Notes: generated by a model not told the origin, from the letters alone. A stretch of 64,000 nucleotides of DNA from an uncultured virus (IMG/VR IMGVR_UViG_3300030095_006218) (IMGVR_UViG_3300030095_006218), one strand, 5' to 3'. Counted from the first letter of the stretch, positions 7,038 to 17,110 are shown. A program made the numbers and translations.

Positions 7038-7409
7038 TCAGTCTTTATCACCAAATATTTTTTGTTCTCCGTCTTCAAACGTAAAAATCGTGCGATTTGA
7101 TGGGTGCGGTGTTACGTGTACTTTTAAAAAATCATCAAGTGAATCAAAAATTGCGATACCTCCGCGCGGCGGTGGATACAACCAGTGGATGATCGCGTGT
7201 CCAGATGCAAGTTCTGCCCCTTCAATGACGACGCCCTCGCCAGAAACTCCAGTTTCATCATATTGGCGACACACGGTAAATGTTCTAATTCCTCGCGGCG
7301 CTAACTTTGGCGGTGGCGCGGGCTTTAGAGATTCAGCTTGCGCGGTTGCGACCTCTCCTGTCGGCTCTTCCTTATTTTTGCCCTTTCTTTTCTTTGGCGC
7401 TTCACTCAT
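7038..7409 (-). CDS. hypothetical phage protein
   Basis: Start MSEAPKK after GGAGG; DETGVSGEGVVIEG motif. Confidence 0.75.
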   Translation of the reverse strand: MSEAPKKRKGKNKEEPTGEVATAQAESLKPAPPPKLAPRGIRTFTVCRQYDETGVSGEGVVIEGAELASGHAIIHWLYPPPRGGIAIFDSLDDFLKVHVTPHPSNRTIFTFEDGEQKIFGDKD

Positions 7410-7833
7410 TTGAATCTGCCCTCCCGTAATCGTCTGCGATTCTAACAACGGCACTAGATTTATTATTTCCGATCTCAACAATTTCACACTCCTGTAATGC
7501 TTTTATTCGATATGGGCAGGAAGACTGTACGGCTAAAGTTTGCCCTTCTTCAAATATTTCCGTGACGACAGGATGACCAATCGGGTCGGTCAAACTATAT
7601 TCATCACCAAATGTTATTTCAGCCTTGCCTTTCAACAGGTAAAGCACCTCATTTTTTTGTACGTTATATTTGTAGCTCGTTCGGCCACCAGCCTTGATGT
7701 ACAGAATTTTACCGTGAGCATCATTGAACGCGCCCCAAGTTATTTCGTGACCCCACGGCTTCTCTACTATCGTAGGCTTATTGCTGCCTTTCCATGCGGA
7801 TTTTGCATGCTTCTGTTGGTGCATAAATGACAT
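7402..7833 (-). CDS. cupin-fold protein (mannose-6-P isomerase type II C-terminal-like)
   Basis: VEKPWGHE...KILYIKAG...KNEVLYLLKG...VVRIADDYGR; several metal-binding His positions appear substituted. Confidence 0.7.
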   Translation of the reverse strand: MSFMHQQKHAKSAWKGSNKPTIVEKPWGHEITWGAFNDAHGKILYIKAGGRTSYKYNVQKNEVLYLLKGKAEITFGDEYSLTDPIGHPVVTEIFEEGQTLAVQSSCPYRIKALQECEIVEIGNNKSSAVVRIADDYGRADSNE

Positions 7834-8091
7834 TTAAGCATCTCCAACACTATCGACTGCTGTTGCCATCAGCATCAAATCAAGTTGCTCCAATAGGTTT
7901 TTTGCAGCATGTGTCGAAGAACCTTCGGCATGCTTTATTTCTTCTAACTGGTTCCACAACATTCTATTTTCACCATCAAGTTCATACACTTCTTCTTTTA
8001 AAGCTGACACCATTCTCGTTAGTTCTTTTTCTTTTGTAATGGTTGTAAGGCCGAAAGCGGCCAAAAATTTCATAAGTAATGTTTTTAACAT
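7834..8091 (-). CDS. hypothetical coiled-coil protein
   Basis: 85-aa ORF, AAGGA RBS, preceded by ACTAATTA. Confidence 0.7.
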   Translation of the reverse strand: MLKTLLMKFLAAFGLTTITKEKELTRMVSALKEEVYELDGENRMLWNQLEEIKHAEGSSTHAAKNLLEQLDLMLMATAVDSVGDA

Positions 8092-8165
8092 AAATTTTAT
8101 CCTTAAATAACTCTTATAATTAGTTCGTCAAATGTCTTTTCGGCCAATCAGGTCCAGATGCAATT

Positions 8166-8402
8166 TCAAAGCTGTCTCATTATGGCGACGTATACCACTG
8201 TTAACGTGAAAAAGACCCCCAAACTTATCAGGATTCCAATGTAAGATATTTTTCTCGCTGTTTCAGCTACTTGGCCCTCTCTGCTGTGTAACCATTCTTT
8301 AATTCTGACAAAAAATGGCTTACGTGGCTGCTGTGGTTTATCTGTTGGGCATATTAATCTAAGATGAGAGCGTTTTTTATTCTTTTTCATGCCAACGCTC
8401 AC
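8166..8402 (-). CDS. hypothetical membrane protein
   Basis: Basic N-terminus and C-terminal TM helix. Confidence 0.6.
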   Translation of the reverse strand: MSVGMKKNKKRSHLRLICPTDKPQQPRKPFFVRIKEWLHSREGQVAETARKISYIGILISLGVFFTLTVVYVAIMRQL

Positions 8403-8859
8403 GAAGGGCTGTCTTTTTCGGCCATGCAGTTAAAAGACCTTCTTCATGCTTTATTTCTTCCCTAACACGATCTTTTTCTTTTTCAATGTGTTCTTTTAAT
8501 ACCGGTATCACCACTTCTTCCATGTGCGTATCCACTTCTTCCATCGTGCTAAAACTTTGCACCCAGCTTGGGCCAGTGCCATTTTTAGGACATACCTCCA
8601 GTGGGTATTCTTGACAAATAAGTGGTCGCGTTTCATAAACTCCACATTTGCCTCCCGGTAACAATTTTTCGCACGGAGTATTAAAGACAGTAACCCAAGA
8701 GCCATCCTGCTGTTGTGCGACCATAACATTCTTATGAGCCACCATCCATCTTACTTCTTCCCACTCTTCAAATGTTACTGGTGGTGCCATCTCTATTGTC
8801 AGTTCTGTGCAGCAGTCGGCCTCTACACACATGTCGCAAGTAATTAAAGGTAATTCCAT
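8377..8859 (-). CDS. YkgJ/CxxCxxCC-family cysteine-cluster protein
   Basis: CDMC...CC, PCEKL...CGVYETRPLICQEYP. Confidence 0.85.
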   Translation of the reverse strand: MELPLITCDMCVEADCCTELTIEMAPPVTFEEWEEVRWMVAHKNVMVAQQQDGSWVTVFNTPCEKLLPGGKCGVYETRPLICQEYPLEVCPKNGTGPSWVQSFSTMEEVDTHMEEVVIPVLKEHIEKEKDRVREEIKHEEGLLTAWPKKTALRERWHEKE

Positions 8860-8879
8860 TTCGTTTCCAAGTTAATACT

Positions 8880-8908
8880 ATTATAATTGATTTGTTAACG
8901 AATGTAAA
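8880..8908 (-). promoter_or_regulatory. sigma70-type promoter
   Basis: TTTACA, 17 bp, TATAAT. Confidence 0.6.
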
Positions 8909-8911
8909 CCA

Positions 8912-9115
8912 TTAATGTGTTAAAAGTGCAATAAATCCATAAAAAGCAAAAAGTGCCAACACGGACATGGAGAACCCGGCTGCAAACAGCGTTCCGACAG
9001 AAATCTGTCGCTCTTTAAGTTCCCGATATATAGGAATATTGCTTTGCGGTGGCAAATCTGCACCGGGAAAAACAATTACGTTTTCTTTACTCTCCTGTGT
9101 CGGCCTCTGGTTCAT
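8912..9115 (-). CDS. small membrane protein
   Basis: NVIVFP motif and C-terminal TM helix. Confidence 0.6.
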   Translation of the reverse strand: MNQRPTQESKENVIVFPGADLPPQSNIPIYRELKERQISVGTLFAAGFSMSVLALFAFYGFIALLTH

Positions 9116-10175
9116 AATAACGGTATCCTATTTCTACTAAAGTGCTGCCGGAAGGGGTTGCATGAAAGTACACTGTATTATCCGTAGCTGAGTAAGACCA
9201 CGTTAAATATCCCGGCTCGACAACAGAGCCATTAAAAAAAACACGCACCGAATCCGCAACGGCAGTATGTGTAAGTAACCACGATTCGTGCGGCTCAATT
9301 GAAGCAGCTGCGTCTGCCACGCCCGGTGACCAGTCTTCGGCACAAATATCAATGACATTACCAGAAAATGCGGCGGTAGCATCCATATATCTGTGTCCTA
9401 CATCGATAGGGTTGACCCAATCGCATAGAGACTCGCTGGAGTCATGATTAACAATGCTGGCTAAAAATACCGAACCACCGCGCAAACTTCTATACCAGCT
9501 TACAAATTCTGAAACCGCTGAGAAATGATCGTTGCTCTGTTCTTCTTCATCGGAAACATACACCACCAACAAGCCGGCATCTGGCCTCATCCATGTTGCC
9601 GAATAAGGATTATTAACGATATATTCATATGTCGCATCGAATCCTTCCTCCATACCTCCGCGGCCCATCGCACTATACATCGCTTCTGCATCTAATATGT
9701 CATCGCCGGGAACCAAGGGAAACTGATTTTCAAGAACAGCGCGAGAAGGATCGTTCGACATCATAGCTAAACGCCAACTTGTAGGTGGCAACGCAGAAAG
9801 CATTGTCTCAATGCCTAAAAGCAGTTGTGTGTCGAAACGATGCATCGAACCAGACGTGTCGATAACCCACAAAATATCAATACCATCAACGGTATTTGGT
9901 TGTACGAACGAGTCAACCCATATTAAGCCCGGATCGTCTATCGCCGTATCCTCAATGTATACCGGTACTTCTACCTCGATATACACTGGCACTTCTACTT
10001 CTACTTCGACTGTCTCTGTTTCTGTTACAGTTTCCGTTTCAGTTACATATACATATTCTTTTTCGCCGGGAACAACAATGCCATAATCATAGGTGCAGGA
10101 CCAACTCATCATAAGAGAAAATATAAGCATCCATCCTATTAAAAATGCAAATATGTTTCTAAATGCGCGTCTCAT
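9087..10175 (-). CDS. von Willebrand factor A (vWA) domain lipoprotein
   Basis: MIDAS-type DILWVIDTSGSM and VVYVSDEEEQS; signal peptide ending SWSC; T/E/V-rich repeat linker. Confidence 0.8.
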   Translation of the reverse strand: MRRAFRNIFAFLIGWMLIFSLMMSWSCTYDYGIVVPGEKEYVYVTETETVTETETVEVEVEVPVYIEVEVPVYIEDTAIDDPGLIWVDSFVQPNTVDGIDILWVIDTSGSMHRFDTQLLLGIETMLSALPPTSWRLAMMSNDPSRAVLENQFPLVPGDDILDAEAMYSAMGRGGMEEGFDATYEYIVNNPYSATWMRPDAGLLVVYVSDEEEQSNDHFSAVSEFVSWYRSLRGGSVFLASIVNHDSSESLCDWVNPIDVGHRYMDATAAFSGNVIDICAEDWSPGVADAAASIEPHESWLLTHTAVADSVRVFFNGSVVEPGYLTWSYSATDNTVYFHATPSGSTLVEIGYRYYEPEADTGE

Positions 10176-11017
10176 TACTCCACCTGCCCCTCCGATGGAG
10201 ACAGTGGTGCATCTTTCTTAGATGCTTTGCGCTCCTTTTCCATATCGTCCAGCTTGTTTCTTAGCTGGGATTCGTTCATAATCCATATCGGCGCTACCCA
10301 TACTATGTCCTCAATAACTTGTGGCATGGGCGGGTAAAACGGATAGCCCACATCGACAGCAGAAAGCACACCGAGCAATCGACCCTTATAATCGAACACG
10401 CCCGAGCCAGATGCGCCCATCCATGCATATGAATGAAGCAGTACGCTTTGACGTTCTCTCGCTTGGCCGGCCACCTTGCCAGTTATACTCAGCAGATCGT
10501 GCTGATTCGGAAACCCTGTGTAAACCACCTCGGTGCCAACAGTTAAATCATCTGCGCGGTATGGCCTATATTTAATTGCTGTTCTGGTCTTGAGTTCGTT
10601 GAAAGTTTTAAGCACACATATGTCATGCTTATTGTCAACGTATATTGTATAAGCGAACGAAAATTCATCTTTTCTGCCTTCAACCATGATAGCAGCAGAG
10701 TTTTCAATAACATGACATGCAGTTAAAACTATATCGTGACCATAAAAATCAAGATAGGTTCCACTGCCACCTTTCACAACAAGACCAGATTCTATTGATG
10801 TAATTGATACGGCGGCTGTATAAGTTTTCTCGCCTATTTTGGTCAGTTTGCGCGAGACTTGTTGGGCTGTTTCTGGGACGGTGCTGTATACATTGTGGCT
10901 ACTAAAATCGCACGAAACAACAAAAAGGAGGAACAGAATAGGTATTAACGCCCATAATTTTCCCCCAACACTTCTACCCATATTCCATTCCCCCAAAAAA
11001 AATAACTTATCCCACAT
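10175..11017 (-). CDS. trypsin-like serine protease, predicted lipoprotein
   Basis: GSG...VLTACHV (His), DICVL (Asp), GASGSGVFD (Ser); hydrophobic segment ending VVSC. Confidence 0.85.
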   Translation of the reverse strand: MWDKLFFLGEWNMGRSVGGKLWALIPILFLLFVVSCDFSSHNVYSTVPETAQQVSRKLTKIGEKTYTAAVSITSIESGLVVKGGSGTYLDFYGHDIVLTACHVIENSAAIMVEGRKDEFSFAYTIYVDNKHDICVLKTFNELKTRTAIKYRPYRADDLTVGTEVVYTGFPNQHDLLSITGKVAGQARERQSVLLHSYAWMGASGSGVFDYKGRLLGVLSAVDVGYPFYPPMPQVIEDIVWVAPIWIMNESQLRNKLDDMEKERKASKKDAPLSPSEGQVE

Positions 11018-11075
11018 ATTTATATATGCTGGCCAGCGATTAATCGCCGTTATTTTTTGGACATCATCAAGATAA

Positions 11076-14000
11076 TCAGGAAATTTGGTTTATTCTACTT
11101 AATCTTTTCTCGACCCTACAGCCGGGGATTTCTCTACTGTTGATTAGATTGATAAGACGTTTAAGATATGTCTCTGGAGTTTCCATTTCATTTTGTGGAT
11201 GAAACTTAACTACACAATCTAGATAGTGAAAATTTGCTCCGTGGTAAGTAGAACCCGGTACGACGGTGCAAATAGTAACCCCGCTAATAGAGCGTATGTC
11301 TGTTACTGCATCGTCCCGCGTAGACATACCTTTTTTGATAGAAAGTTTTAGAGTCACCTCATACACTCGAACCGCTGTTTCTTCAGCTTCTTTTAACTCG
11401 CCTAAAGTTTCCTGTAGTATTCTATTAACTTTATCCATATCAATCCCCTTTTCCAAATTTTCTTGTGCTGGTCTTGGCTCGCCCAGAGTACCTTTTAGCT
11501 GTGGCTCGGGTGAGCCTTTATCTTGCCAAGAGTAATTTTGATGAGTTTTAAACCATGCACCTCGCCTTTCCAGTTCAGTTCTCACTCTCGGAGTCCAGCT
11601 TATCGGCAAACCATCTTCTTCCTCCCACATCGGGCCGCGCCTCCAGTCGGTCGGCAACGCTTGTAAATAATATTTAAGGGATACATATTTTTCCGCAGGG
11701 TTCATTCTGCTATAATTTTTCTTCATCCAATTTAAAAGTTTAATGTTGTTCGCCGCCATCTGCGCTGTTCGTGGCCCTTCGCGACGATCCTGTGTTAGCG
11801 GCAGTTCTGGATCTTGGTTTAATAACTTATCTATAGCGGCTTGCATCGCCTCCGGCTCAGTTCCATCGGCGCCGATTGCTCGGGCTATAGATATCTCTAT
11901 CCCCTCAATAAATGATTGTGCCATAGAGCCATTGTCAATTCTTTCAGCATTATCCTGCAAAACTTCTAAAGCTGTCTCGACAGGGTATCTAAAAGATTCT
12001 TCAGCGGCTTTAATAATCAACTCGAAATGATTATCAACAAATTTAGCAAAGTGAAGGGCGCCTTCAATTTCTTGTGCCGTATCTTGTGACTTAATTACAA
12101 TCTTTAAGTAGAATGATAAGTTTAAGTCACCCTTTTGTTGGCCCTGCGCAATACCAAGCGATTCTCCGCGGCCAGACAAATAGATTCTAAATTCGGAATC
12201 TTTAGCCATGTCAACGCCTTTGAATTCTGGCCTTTTATACTTGTCGCCAAAGGGCAATTCTAGTTGACTTTTAGCGTAGCCGTTAGCTGCCTGTTCCAGC
12301 TTTTTAAGGTGGGCATAAAATCTGTCTTGGGTGTGGCTTCCTTGTATGTATCCCCCAGAGCCGCCGCCTCTAAACCAGCGGCCACCAAATATTTCTCTGG
12401 CCATTGTAGGTATATCTTCTCCACGACCGGGGCGAGTTGCAAAATCCAAACCTTGCTCCCCCTTTGCCAAATCAAATAATTGCTCGGGTATTGTTACAGA
12501 GGTCTTGATGATTGTTCCCTGTGTAGGATCATCGGACTTCGCTGTTAGCCACACTTCGCCATCCGGCTCATCCTCATCTTCTCCGGTGACCTGAAAATGT
12601 TTAAGTTCTGTTGACTGTCTTTCAATGTTATCGGCTAACCGATCCCAATCTGATCGTTGTATATACCCTTCTTCTACCAATGCTTTACGTACCTTCTCGT
12701 ACAAGACATCAAACTTATCTTCCCACTGTTCTTTTACATGATCTGAGTAGTAGTCCACGTCGTCAGTGTCGCTACAATCTTCACAGTAAGCATCAATGGA
12801 AAATTCTAACATTGGGCCTTCGTCACTAGGCACCACTTTCCAACTAGCATCCTCTACAGATATTTCATCATCTATGCCATTGTCTATCAGCACGTCTGTA
12901 AATCCGCTTCTATGCTTCCAGTGTTCGCCGTGGCGAATATCCATTGGAATCATTGTATAATCTGAAGCCTCGTCGTGAAAATGATACCACCCGTTATCTT
13001 CATAAATGTCACCTTCCCAACCTATAGGAATCCTCATTCTAATCGTTGCAGATGCGCCAACATAAGGATGCTGTGGTTCATCGCCCGGCTCTATTGATGC
13101 GGTGAAGCGGACGCGCTCAAAATGATTAGCTGCCCATTCGTTAATATCGTCAATAGCTTCTGACCATTCATTAAACGTCTGATCCTCTGCCTCATCAACC
13201 TCATGATCAACGTTCTCATCATGGCCGAAGACGTCAAGGTTGCCGCGCTTAAAGAAATAATTCAAAATTTCGCTGTCCATGTTGTCGCCATAAGACCCGC
13301 CGTGACGGGTCATTGAGTAAAACTCTGGAATTGAATCCTCAGTCACATCACCATCGTCATCAGTGAAAAGCTCTTTCTGCTTATTCCATGCCCAATCTCT
13401 CATCATGGAAACTAAGCCGGGTATGCTGTGTCCATACGTTCTGCTTTCGGGTACGGCGAAAAATACACCACTGTCGGTGTCCTCAAATTTTCTTAGCCTA
13501 ACCCTCGTTTCGGCGCCAATGCCTTTTATATTACGTTGCGAATCTCTAAATATCTCTTGTTCGTCAAAGTCTTTTAATTCAAATATATCTTTTTTGATTG
13601 GAGGCCACTGTTCGCCGTTAAGTTTTGCTCGAATTGCTTCTCGCATCAAATCAGCCGTTATGCTGTCTATGCCCTTTTGCTCCATGTCGCTCACCGCAAA
13701 CCGCTGGACAGCTTTAAACTTATCCACCCATTTCTCGAATTCTTCGGCATCATTTATCGAAGCGGCGAACTTATTAAAAGTTGCATCTGTGTTGCCGCCG
13801 GCCAAGACCCATCTTTTAATTGAGGCTGCCGCAGAAAGTTTAACGTTAGAGTCTATACCATCCCATTCATCCCAATCGTCGCCCCAATCCAAAACGTCGG
13901 CGTCGTCGGTAGTTATAGGTTCGGGACGTTCGGCGCCTTTTGGAGCGCCGAAGACACCATTGAGCAAATAGTTTAATTGACTTTTCTCTATCACATATGC

Positions 14001-14726
14001 GATCGGGCCGTGACCTCTGGCTTCCGCAACAGCACAGTGAAAGTATTCGGAACCCTCACTGTGACAAGAGCGAATACTATCAACGTCACTCATTCTCAGT
14101 ACGTCCATTGGGTGACGGGATACAACTACAGTTAAGTCTTCGCCAACTGTTTCACCGCCTTCGGAAAAAAGCTTTTCAATTTTTTCCCAGTTATCTTCCT
14201 TGGTGTAAAAAACTTGCTTACTCTGCCACCACTCGGCCACTTCTTCTGGCACTTTGTTGGACTTAGATAGTCTAGCAATCGCTCTTGACATCGTTGTTTT
14301 TTCTTTCTTTTGAATTGATTCGCCTTCACGCGGACCTTTGGGGATTACAAAGTCGTACGTTCTGGTCAAGTTTAACCTTGCAACAGTTCTTTCTTCTTCG
14401 TAGACCTCGCCGCCTAAGCGACGTAGCTTCTGCATAACCTCATAAGTTTCAAATTCAGGGCGCCAACCCATATCAAAAAGCGCTTTTACAACTGAGGTTA
14501 GCTTCTGCTGGTCCTCGGTTTGCAGCGGTATGTGTATACGCATAGCATCGCCAAAAAGCTCATCAAGATCGTAGTCACGGATGTTTCTGTTTGCCATCCA
14601 TCTAAGCAGATCATCTGCATAAGATTTGCTAATTTCACTGATTATTTGCCTTGGTCTAGGCTTTTGAACAGCAATTGTTGGGTTGTCGGAAATAAAGTTT
14701 TTCCAACTCTTCATAAAGTCATTCAT
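11076..14726 (-). CDS. large hypothetical protein (1216 aa), paralog of 40316..42835; candidate virion protein
   Basis: SRHPMDVLRMSD...SCHS...CAVAEARGHG block; N-terminal WKNF tag; ACTATTTA upstream. Confidence 0.85.
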   Translation of the reverse strand: MNDFMKSWKNFISDNPTIAVQKPRPRQIISEISKSYADDLLRWMANRNIRDYDLDELFGDAMRIHIPLQTEDQQKLTSVVKALFDMGWRPEFETYEVMQKLRRLGGEVYEEERTVARLNLTRTYDFVIPKGPREGESIQKKEKTTMSRAIARLSKSNKVPEEVAEWWQSKQVFYTKEDNWEKIEKLFSEGGETVGEDLTVVVSRHPMDVLRMSDVDSIRSCHSEGSEYFHCAVAEARGHGPIAYVIEKSQLNYLLNGVFGAPKGAERPEPITTDDADVLDWGDDWDEWDGIDSNVKLSAAASIKRWVLAGGNTDATFNKFAASINDAEEFEKWVDKFKAVQRFAVSDMEQKGIDSITADLMREAIRAKLNGEQWPPIKKDIFELKDFDEQEIFRDSQRNIKGIGAETRVRLRKFEDTDSGVFFAVPESRTYGHSIPGLVSMMRDWAWNKQKELFTDDDGDVTEDSIPEFYSMTRHGGSYGDNMDSEILNYFFKRGNLDVFGHDENVDHEVDEAEDQTFNEWSEAIDDINEWAANHFERVRFTASIEPGDEPQHPYVGASATIRMRIPIGWEGDIYEDNGWYHFHDEASDYTMIPMDIRHGEHWKHRSGFTDVLIDNGIDDEISVEDASWKVVPSDEGPMLEFSIDAYCEDCSDTDDVDYYSDHVKEQWEDKFDVLYEKVRKALVEEGYIQRSDWDRLADNIERQSTELKHFQVTGEDEDEPDGEVWLTAKSDDPTQGTIIKTSVTIPEQLFDLAKGEQGLDFATRPGRGEDIPTMAREIFGGRWFRGGGSGGYIQGSHTQDRFYAHLKKLEQAANGYAKSQLELPFGDKYKRPEFKGVDMAKDSEFRIYLSGRGESLGIAQGQQKGDLNLSFYLKIVIKSQDTAQEIEGALHFAKFVDNHFELIIKAAEESFRYPVETALEVLQDNAERIDNGSMAQSFIEGIEISIARAIGADGTEPEAMQAAIDKLLNQDPELPLTQDRREGPRTAQMAANNIKLLNWMKKNYSRMNPAEKYVSLKYYLQALPTDWRRGPMWEEEDGLPISWTPRVRTELERRGAWFKTHQNYSWQDKGSPEPQLKGTLGEPRPAQENLEKGIDMDKVNRILQETLGELKEAEETAVRVYEVTLKLSIKKGMSTRDDAVTDIRSISGVTICTVVPGSTYHGANFHYLDCVVKFHPQNEMETPETYLKRLINLINSREIPGCRVEKRLSRINQIS

Positions 14727-14776
14727 GTTTATCCGCCGGTAAAGTATAAGGTTTCATCTAATAAATAGTAATGTGC

Positions 14777-14802
14777 AAAACAAAAGGCGCCCTCGGGCGC
14801 CC
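14777..14802 (-). terminator. rho-independent terminator
   Basis: GGCGCC-CGAG-GGCGCC hairpin followed by TTTTGTTTT. Confidence 0.8.
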
Positions 14803-14805
14803 TAA

Positions 14806-15162
14806 TTATGTCCTCCAAAATAACTGGAGTCCAACAATGATAAAAGATAAAAATACGCAGATTAAGGTTTTTGGTGTAAACATGCTTTCGCCAAGCAACC
14901 ACCAAGTAAGTAGGGGGAAGGTTAGATAAGACATTCCAAACCCAAGTAGCCGGGCGCCCCAAGCCTCGCCAAGCGTTTCAACTGATATTTTAACACCATA
15001 CCAAAATAGAATTCCGGCCGGCACACCATAAACAAGTACAGCTAAGATTGGCCTGTTTTCCCACCACTTCCAAACAAAGTGGGAATAAAGCTGAAACCAA
15101 ACAAGAGTTTGGCCAACAGCAAAAATGCTACATGCGTAGGTAAGTTTAAGTACGTCTGACAA
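14806..15162 (-). CDS. four-TM small membrane protein (SMR/DMT-like architecture)
   Basis: 118 aa with four hydrophobic helices; LLGE motif near the C-terminus. Confidence 0.65.
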   Translation of the reverse strand: MSDVLKLTYACSIFAVGQTLVWFQLYSHFVWKWWENRPILAVLVYGVPAGILFWYGVKISVETLGEAWGARLLGFGMSYLTFPLLTWWLLGESMFTPKTLICVFLSFIIVGLQLFWRT

Positions 15163-15919
15163 TTATTATCTCCTTAGACTTTTCATCGTCTGTTAGTTTG
15201 TAGTTTTTATCAACGAAATGAAATTCGTCTTTCGCAAATTCGCTTCTAACCCTTGAGTGATTGTTGCAAAATAAAATCCAATTATCCCTATCTTGTAAAG
15301 CAGCTTTTAACTCGTTCCAGCCGGGCTGTTCTTCGTATTCAGGATCTTCAAAAGATGGATATGGTACGATATGCGGCACACGACAGTACAATAAATGATT
15401 GCTGTGTATTTTAGCTATGTCGCAAAACTCTCTGCTCTTTAGAAAAATGACACTGTTATCGGATGCCCTGCGTAGCTTCAACATCGCAACTTCACTAAAT
15501 TTGTTTTTATAGTCAGCAGCGCGGGTGCCAGTGGCAACGGATCGAGAGCTGTTGGTCAAGTTTAGAGCGAAGAACAATGCTGCGCGCAGATACTTATCCT
15601 CCGGGGAACGTCGTGAATCTCGCATAGCATTATATAGCATCGGATCTTTAAACAGTACGTCATAAAAGTCTGTTCTCATCGCTGACGCTAATCCCACCAC
15701 ACGATCGGGCTCTTCTGATAAGCACTGCCAAAACTCTAACAGTTCCTCATCGGACGTATAAGCAAAAACCTTTTTGCCTTCATGGGCAAGGGAAAGTTCT
15801 AGTGAGCCGCCAGCGAGAAACGGAGAACAAATCTTCTTCACATCTTTAGGTATAATACCATTCATTAAGGAGACTATTCTCGGATCATCGCCCTTGTATT
15901 TAAGCGGCGACTGAATCAT
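15146..15919 (-). CDS. Dam-like (D12 class) adenine methyltransferase homolog with degenerate catalytic motif
   Basis: SPLKYKG...PFLAGGS motif I present; expected DPPY reads CRVPH. Confidence 0.65.
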   Translation of the reverse strand: MIQSPLKYKGDDPRIVSLMNGIIPKDVKKICSPFLAGGSLELSLAHEGKKVFAYTSDEELLEFWQCLSEEPDRVVGLASAMRTDFYDVLFKDPMLYNAMRDSRRSPEDKYLRAALFFALNLTNSSRSVATGTRAADYKNKFSEVAMLKLRRASDNSVIFLKSREFCDIAKIHSNHLLYCRVPHIVPYPSFEDPEYEEQPGWNELKAALQDRDNWILFCNNHSRVRSEFAKDEFHFVDKNYKLTDDEKSKEIIIVRRT

Positions 15920-16107
15920 TTGCGTACCGCTTCTGTTTTGAAAATCGGCTTATGGTCTCCACGTATCAAGGCTACAAATTCCGAATTGTCGCTCTTGCCG
16001 GCAATATCCATAATATGTTTGCGAGCCATATTAGAATCATGCGGGCCTATAAAGACTCTGCTAGATAGGCTTGAGTTGTGTCTAAGTATTACTGTCCATG
16101 TCATCAC
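15916..16107 (-). CDS. hypothetical protein
   Basis: 63 aa, overlap-coupled to both neighbours. Confidence 0.6.
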   Translation of the reverse strand: MMTWTVILRHNSSLSSRVFIGPHDSNMARKHIMDIAGKSDNSEFVALIRGDHKPIFKTEAVRK

Positions 16108-16562
16108 GACTTTCTCCTTCTGGTTAAGAGGGGTACAATCTTTCCTTTACCCCAAAAATGTTTATTCTTTTTTTGATTAATTGTTAGCAGGGCCGATATA
16201 TAAAGACCGCCCTCATCCTTTTTAAGTTGATATCGGTACGCCTCTAAGACTCCGTAAAGTGGCTTTCTTTTGCGTGGCGGAGGCTTGTTTAGATAATTAA
16301 CACACCCGCCAAATATCTCTTGTTCGGTCAACCCTTCTTCAAGATATTTAGAATAGTCCACACTAATTTCTACACCCACCACCCACAACGTGCGGCCAAA
16401 CTCTGGAATTGCAAAATAGGAACCATGATACCAACCAAACTTACGGCGTTTGCTTTGAAATTCGGCACTTATAACGCTGCCCCACTCCAACTGTTCACGC
16501 AGTACACACTCAATCGTGTGATCACTCTGGATCTTGTAGCTCTTCTTCTTTCTTCTCGCCAC
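16104..16562 (-). CDS. hypothetical basic protein
   Basis: 152-aa ORF in operon. Confidence 0.7.
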   Translation of the reverse strand: MARRKKKSYKIQSDHTIECVLREQLEWGSVISAEFQSKRRKFGWYHGSYFAIPEFGRTLWVVGVEISVDYSKYLEEGLTEQEIFGGCVNYLNKPPPRKRKPLYGVLEAYRYQLKKDEGGLYISALLTINQKKNKHFWGKGKIVPLLTRRRKS

Positions 16563-16812
16563 CTACTTCTCCCAATAATTCTTCAAGTTCGAACGAACCG
16601 CCAATAAGCTTTTGATATGACTCATCATCAGTATCATGTTCTGTGATTATAGGCACAGTTGGGTGATTAAGGCTTTTCTTTATATCTTTTAAAACATCTG
16701 ATGCCCTGTCTACCAAGCTTAGTATGTACTCAGAATCAGTCTCATTCAATAAGTTTACGGCTTTCGTGCAATATGGACACGTGGTAGTCGCAAATACATG
16801 ATAATATTTCAT
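16522..16812 (-). CDS. glutaredoxin
   Basis: CPYC, TVP and IGG motifs. Confidence 0.85.
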   Translation of the reverse strand: MKYYHVFATTTCPYCTKAVNLLNETDSEYILSLVDRASDVLKDIKKSLNHPTVPIITEHDTDDESYQKLIGGSFELEELLGEVGGEKKEEELQDPE

Positions 16813-16813
16813 T

Positions 16814-17110
16814 TTATCCTCTTAATATAGATTTTTTACCAAGCTTTTCTATAATCGAAGTCGGCTCGCCAACAATCGTCAACTCGACGCCGCGATCACC
16901 ATGATTTATATAAATTTTAGAAAATTCTTGACGGTTATCCAACCCTTCGGGTAAGATATTTTGAGAAAGCAATCTCTTTGTGTATGGATCTTCTTTAACG
17001 TAAGTCACGTGACTCGGGTTAATATAAACCTCATTCAAAGAAAATTTACGTTCTGTATTGGTCGAAACCTTCGCGTGTTCGCATATTTGTACAAGTTTGA
17101 TCACGCTCAA
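16814..17110 (-). CDS. hypothetical protein
   Basis: 98 aa; VYINPSHV motif. Confidence 0.7.
   Translation of the reverse strand: MSVIKLVQICEHAKVSTNTERKFSLNEVYINPSHVTYVKEDPYTKRLLSQNILPEGLDNRQEFSKIYINHGDRGVELTIVGEPTSIIEKLGKKSILRG

Noticed and set aside
9950..10050. Short tandem DNA repeats in the vWA gene
   Set aside because: They are explained by the in-frame low-complexity linker (TETETV, EVEVPVYI) and are not a separate element.
14729..14962. 77-aa minus-strand ORF
   Set aside because: It overlaps the four-TM gene out of frame and runs through a terminator and the ACTATTTA motif.
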